From Planctomycetota bacterium (GTDB lineage Bacteria > Planctomycetota > SZUA-567 > H5-PLA8), in NCBI GenBank assembly GCA_045863855.1, contig BTVV01000153.1:1-13315 (forward strand): a DNA stretch of 13,315 bases, read 5' to 3'. The translations under genes and the position numbers were made by a program. Below the pieces are notes generated by a model, which searched no databases, was not told the origin of the DNA, and was given only the letters and a program-made list of their open reading frames with translations. Each line of letters opens with the position of its first letter. The stretch's first letter is position 1. Below are positions 9,955-13,315 of the stretch, piece after piece.

Positions 9955-10173
9955 CTACAGATCGCCGGGGCGCACCGTCGAGCGTTTGTTGGCCTTCGCG
10001 CGATCGACGGCCTTATCCAAGCAACACGCCACGCACGCACTCACCGCGTCGATCAATTCGCCGCTGCTCTTCAAGCCCTTCGACTTGACGTAGTTCTTCA
10101 CCTTGCTGCCCACGACGAGGCCTTCCGTCGAAGCCTTGCCTTTGCCGGCTGCCTTTTTGCCCTTCTTCGCCAT
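9955..10173 (-). CDS. Bacterial histone-fold protein (72 aa) with Lys-rich N-terminal tail
   Basis: Sequence: MAKKGKKAAGKGKASTEGLVVGSKVKNYVKSKGLKSSGELIDAVSACVACCLDKAVDRAKANKRSTVRPGDL. It shows helix 1 'LVVGSKVKNYVK', loop 'KSS', a long helix 2, the L2 motif R64-S-T66-V-R-P-G-D71 (RxTxxxxD) and a truncated helix 3. This matches the pattern I recall for Bdellovibrio Bd0055-like and face-to-face prokaryotic histones. ATG at 10173 has AAGGAGG 7 nt upstream; 14 K + 3 R versus 6 D/E. Confidence 0.9.
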   Translation of the reverse strand: MAKKGKKAAGKGKASTEGLVVGSKVKNYVKSKGLKSSGELIDAVSACVACCLDKAVDRAKANKRSTVRPGDL

Positions 10174-10180
10174 CGTACGT

Positions 10181-10187
10181 CCTCCTT
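10181..10187 (-). promoter_or_regulatory. Consensus Shine-Dalgarno of the histone gene
   Basis: Plus-strand CCTCCTT = AAGGAGG on the minus strand, 7 nt before ATG 10173. Confidence 0.85.
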
Positions 10188-10259
10188 GGAACGATACACT
10201 TGGGGAGCGGTACTCGCTTTCGCACGCCTCATGCGCGACGATCGGAGTGAACTGGCCGA

Positions 10260-10287
10260 AATGTAGGTTTTTTCCTGCATCCGTCAA
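10260..10287 (-). promoter_or_regulatory. Candidate sigma70 promoter of the histone gene
   Basis: Minus strand TTGACG (10287-10282) - 16 nt containing an A6 tract - TACATT (10265-10260). The -35 overlaps the stop codon of the upstream gene. Confidence 0.55.
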
Positions 10288-12038
10288 GGCTGCGGGTTCC
10301 GAATTATGCGGATTTCGCCGCTAATACGGCCCGATTCCGAACTTTCCTCGACCGGTACGAGATGCAACGAAACGGAACCCCAAAGGCTCGCGGCTCTCCG
10401 GACCAGTTCCACGGCCGCCCCTTCGTCGGGGTAGCGTTCCAGAAACTCCGCCGGGCCGATCTCGTCGCGCAGTTCTTCCAGCCAAAGCTGTGCAAAAACA
10501 GCCGCCATGGGCGCCATTCGCTGGCCGTCTGTTCGAAATTCGAAGTAGGGCGCATCGGGCGTCGAATCGTTCGGCGCCCATGCGGCGGGCATCGGTAGCA
10601 TTGCGAAAGGCCCCGCGTCGCTGATCCAGCCCAAGGCCTGGGGCGCAGCGACCCAGGTCATGCGCGTGTAGTTACCCTTCACGAGTACGTAACGCTCCGC
10701 TTCGCCGTGCCGCAAGCGCAACACATAAGGCCGGTCGGCCTCCTCGGGAGCCGTTCCGTCGAACAAGCCGCGCCAGCGGACCCGTGAAAGCTCGCCCAGA
10801 GCCATGCGTGCTTCCGGCGTGGCCGTGAATGGAATGGAGGCCAGTGCGCGCGGTTGCACCACGGCCGCACCGGGCGGCGGTTCAACGATCCGCACCCGCA
10901 AGGTTTTGCCGAAGGAAGGCCAAAGCTGTTCGTTCAAGTCGATACCGGCCTCCGACAGATAGACCAAGCGTGCTTCCCAGCGGCGCCGGTCCTTGTCGTT
11001 TCGATAGGCCTCGAAGAGATTGCGGCGAAAAAGCTTCCCCACGTCCAAAGGAATACGGGCCTCCAGCAGGGGTGGTGTGTCAGGCGGCAATCCATCGCTC
11101 AAGAACGGCGCCCCTGCGCCGCGAGCGGGTAGCGCGCCCAGCCAAAAGCCTTCGGCCCGCAGCGTATCGCCTGACTCGTCGGAATCGACGCGCAGGCGAA
11201 GCTGGATCAGGTCAGGCAGCCGTTCCAGCCCGAAGATTTCCGGCCAGCTAGGGGGTCCCAGCAGGGCATGCGCTAAATTCAGCTCGCCTTCCAATGCCAC
11301 CGCGCGCGGCCGAACTTGCACCTCGGCCACCGCAGCGGGCTCTAACGGAGCCGCCCGAGTAGACACGGTTTCTCCCGGTCCGGGGCGCGCACCATGAAAT
11401 CCCGCGGCCAGGAGCCCGCCGCCCAAGTCGTAGAAATGCGGTTCATGGGGTTGGGGATTGCCTAACCGCATGAGCAAGTAAGCGCCCAAGCGGGTCAGCG
11501 CACCGCGTCCGCCTTGCACGCGAACGAGAAAGAGCACAGGCGCCTTACCTCGCTCGCCGCTGGTATCGCGCGGGGGCGCGGAGACGCATGCCACGATCTC
11601 GGAGCCGGTGAGGAACCGCAGACCGCGCCGAGTCGGCGAGATGAAGTCCCGCAACAGCGCCGGTTTCTTGGCCCAGCGCGCGCGCAGGTCGTCGAGTTTT
11701 TCCTGCCAGCCCGTGAGACGCTGCAATTCCGGGTCGTGCCAAACTCCGCGCAGGCCGGGATGCGCTTCCATGGCGCGCCAAATCGCATCGCCGTTGCGCA
11801 AACGCACCAGAGCCAGCGCATCCGAAGGCACGTAGGCGTCCACCGGTCCGCCGGCCGTGGGCGCAAATCCCGCCACGAAAACGCATGCCGCGGCGCTCGA
11901 AAGCAGCCAAACTACCGCCGACGCTGGTTTGAGCTTTCGCCAAAAGGAAATGCGCGGAGTGGCAACCGGTTCCACGCCGGCCGCAGCCGGTGCGGGCGTA
12001 CTTTCGGGCAGAGGGGCGTGCGCCTCGGCGTCGGCCAC
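10284..12038 (-). CDS. Membrane-anchored hypothetical protein (584 aa)
   Basis: Long ORF with a GTG start 6 nt after the pcm stop. N-terminal basic patch plus hydrophobic helix (VVWLLSSAAACVFVAGFA) followed by 'VDAYVPSDALALVRL', a start resembling DUF3352-like exported proteins (weak). Confidence 0.75.
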   Translation of the reverse strand: MADAEAHAPLPESTPAPAAAGVEPVATPRISFWRKLKPASAVVWLLSSAAACVFVAGFAPTAGGPVDAYVPSDALALVRLRNGDAIWRAMEAHPGLRGVWHDPELQRLTGWQEKLDDLRARWAKKPALLRDFISPTRRGLRFLTGSEIVACVSAPPRDTSGERGKAPVLFLVRVQGGRGALTRLGAYLLMRLGNPQPHEPHFYDLGGGLLAAGFHGARPGPGETVSTRAAPLEPAAVAEVQVRPRAVALEGELNLAHALLGPPSWPEIFGLERLPDLIQLRLRVDSDESGDTLRAEGFWLGALPARGAGAPFLSDGLPPDTPPLLEARIPLDVGKLFRRNLFEAYRNDKDRRRWEARLVYLSEAGIDLNEQLWPSFGKTLRVRIVEPPPGAAVVQPRALASIPFTATPEARMALGELSRVRWRGLFDGTAPEEADRPYVLRLRHGEAERYVLVKGNYTRMTWVAAPQALGWISDAGPFAMLPMPAAWAPNDSTPDAPYFEFRTDGQRMAPMAAVFAQLWLEELRDEIGPAEFLERYPDEGAAVELVRRAASLWGSVSLHLVPVEESSESGRISGEIRIIRNPQP

Positions 12039-12044
12039 GGGGCG

Positions 12045-12695
12045 CTACCCTTGATCCTTATATCCGTCCTGGCCGATCAGCCGGACGAACGAGCACTCCA
12101 CGCCGGTCTGTTCGTGCAGGCTACCATCGGGCTGTTTGGTCGCGGTGATCAGGCGCTGCATGTCGGGTCCGCCCACTGGCGCGACGAGGCGCCCGCCGGG
12201 CGCCAACTGTTCGGCCAAGGCCATCGGCAGTTTGGGGCAGGCGGCCGAGATGACGATTCGGTCGTAGGGAGCGCCTTCGGCCCAACCTACGGAACCGTCG
12301 CCTAACCGGTAGCGTATGTTCGAATACCCCAGGTCCAGGAGCCGGTCTTCGGCGGTGGTGGCGAGGTACTCGATCCGCTCGACCGTCCAGACTTCGCCCG
12401 CCAACTCCGCAAGCAGCGCGGTGAGGTACCCGCTACCGGTCCCAATCTCAAGCAGCTTCTCTTTTCCCTTAAGCTGCAAGGCCTCCAGCATCAAGGCGAT
12501 CATGTACGGTTGGCTGATGGTCTGGCCGTGGCTGAGCTGCAGAGCGCGGTCGACGTAAGCTTGCTCGAAGAGATACGCAGGCACGAAGAGCGCCCGGTCG
12601 ACCTTGAGGAACGCGCGCAGCACCCGTTCGTCGCTAATGCCGCGATCGCGCAGGTCGCCCTCCACCATCCGGCCTCGTTCGTCTTCGTTCGCCAT
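12045..12695 (-). CDS. pcm: Protein-L-isoaspartate(D-aspartate) O-methyltransferase
   Basis: Motifs 'RGISDERVLRAFLKVDRALFVP', 'AYVDRAL..GQTISQPYM', SAM motif I 'LLEIGTGSGYLTALLA', 'GDGSVGWAEGAPYDRIVISAA' and 'QLAPGGRLVAPVG'. ATG at 12695 with GGAG upstream is preferred to the track start at 12809. Confidence 0.96.
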   Translation of the reverse strand: MANEDERGRMVEGDLRDRGISDERVLRAFLKVDRALFVPAYLFEQAYVDRALQLSHGQTISQPYMIALMLEALQLKGKEKLLEIGTGSGYLTALLAELAGEVWTVERIEYLATTAEDRLLDLGYSNIRYRLGDGSVGWAEGAPYDRIVISAACPKLPMALAEQLAPGGRLVAPVGGPDMQRLITATKQPDGSLHEQTGVECSFVRLIGQDGYKDQG

Positions 12696-12863
12696 GGGGG
12701 CTGACTCCGCCGGAGTGCTAAGTCGTGGAGGTACTCCCTGGTGCGCATCGAATAGGGGAGCATCCGCACGAGCGACGGGCAGGCTGAGATCCGCCGGATG
12801 CCGCGGCATTTAGCCGCCGCGGAGCGTCAAATGCCAAGACCTCATTCCAGCGCACCCATCGGC

Positions 12864-13313
12864 TTACGCCTTCCGACAGCGCCATAATACCCGGAAAAAG
12901 CGCAATGCGTCGAGCAGCGGGTTGATCTTGCTGTCGGCGGTTCCGTTGTAAATCGTGCGGATAGGCACCTGAGCGATCTTAGCGCCACGCTGGCAGGCTT
13001 TAATGATCACCTCGGATTCCAAATCGAACCGCCGGCCGTCCAGATCCAGACGCTGCCAAGTATCGAGGCGGATCAGGCGGAATCCGACCTGACTGTCGCT
13101 GATCGGCACGCCAGCCATGCGAGTGATGCACCAGGACGCGAAGCGGTTTGTCGCGCGGCGCACGAACGGCATCTTTTCCTGTTCGCCCATCCGGTCGCCC
13201 AGCACGATATCCACCTTCCCGCCGTCGAAGATTTTTACGAAGCGAGGAATTTCTTCCGGGTCGTGCTGCCCGTCGCCGTCGAGCGTGATGGCCGCTCGTA
13301 ATCCGGCGGCTTG
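12864..13313 (-). CDS. Partial (5'-truncated) family 2 glycosyltransferase, DPM1/polyprenol-phosphate glycosyltransferase-like
   Basis: The frame stays open to the window edge: ...AITLDGDGQHDPEEIPRF...DIVLGDR...RRATNRFAS...ISDSQVGFRL...FDLESEVII...IAQVPIRTIY...SKI, the classic DPM/DPG-synthase-like GT2 motifs. Confidence 0.92.
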   Translation of the reverse strand, partial: QAAGLRAAITLDGDGQHDPEEIPRFVKIFDGGKVDIVLGDRMGEQEKMPFVRRATNRFASWCITRMAGVPISDSQVGFRLIRLDTWQRLDLDGRRFDLESEVIIKACQRGAKIAQVPIRTIYNGTADSKINPLLDALRFFRVLWRCRKA

Positions 13314-13315
13314 CG

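Noticed and set aside
10174..10287. 38-aa N-terminal extension of the histone ORF (track start 10287, MTDAGKN...)
   Set aside because: It starts at a TTG overlapping the upstream stop with no SD. ATG 10173 has a perfect AAGGAGG, and the region looks like promoter plus leader.
12696..12809. N-terminal extension of pcm to ATG 12809
   Set aside because: Pro/Ala-rich sequence that does not resemble Pcm. Similarity to Pcm begins near M at 12695, which has a GGAG SD.

Overview
GC-rich bacterial chromosomal window; Planctomycetota/PVC origin is suggested by the protein types, but this is inference only. From left to right: the 3' end of an SGNH/DltD-like protein; a minus-strand exported helical (HEAT-like) protein; leuC and leuD, separated by a low-GC (~43%) small membrane ORF; an exported HExxH gluzincin-like protein with TPR repeats; a 986-aa exported alpha/beta-hydrolase; and a small single-TM protein. 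A minus-strand run then follows: GT2 glycosyltransferase > pcm (protein-L-isoaspartate O-methyltransferase) > 584-aa membrane-anchored hypothetical > 72-aa basic protein. The standout is that 72-aa protein (9955-10173, minus strand). It is a bacterial histone-fold protein (LVVxSKVK...RxTxxxxD signature) with a Lys/Gly/Ala-rich N-terminal tail reminiscent of eukaryotic histone tails and an unusual CxxCC cluster in helix 2. It has its own predicted sigma70 promoter, a perfect Shine-Dalgarno and an intrinsic terminator. No tRNA, rRNA, CRISPR array or transposase was seen.
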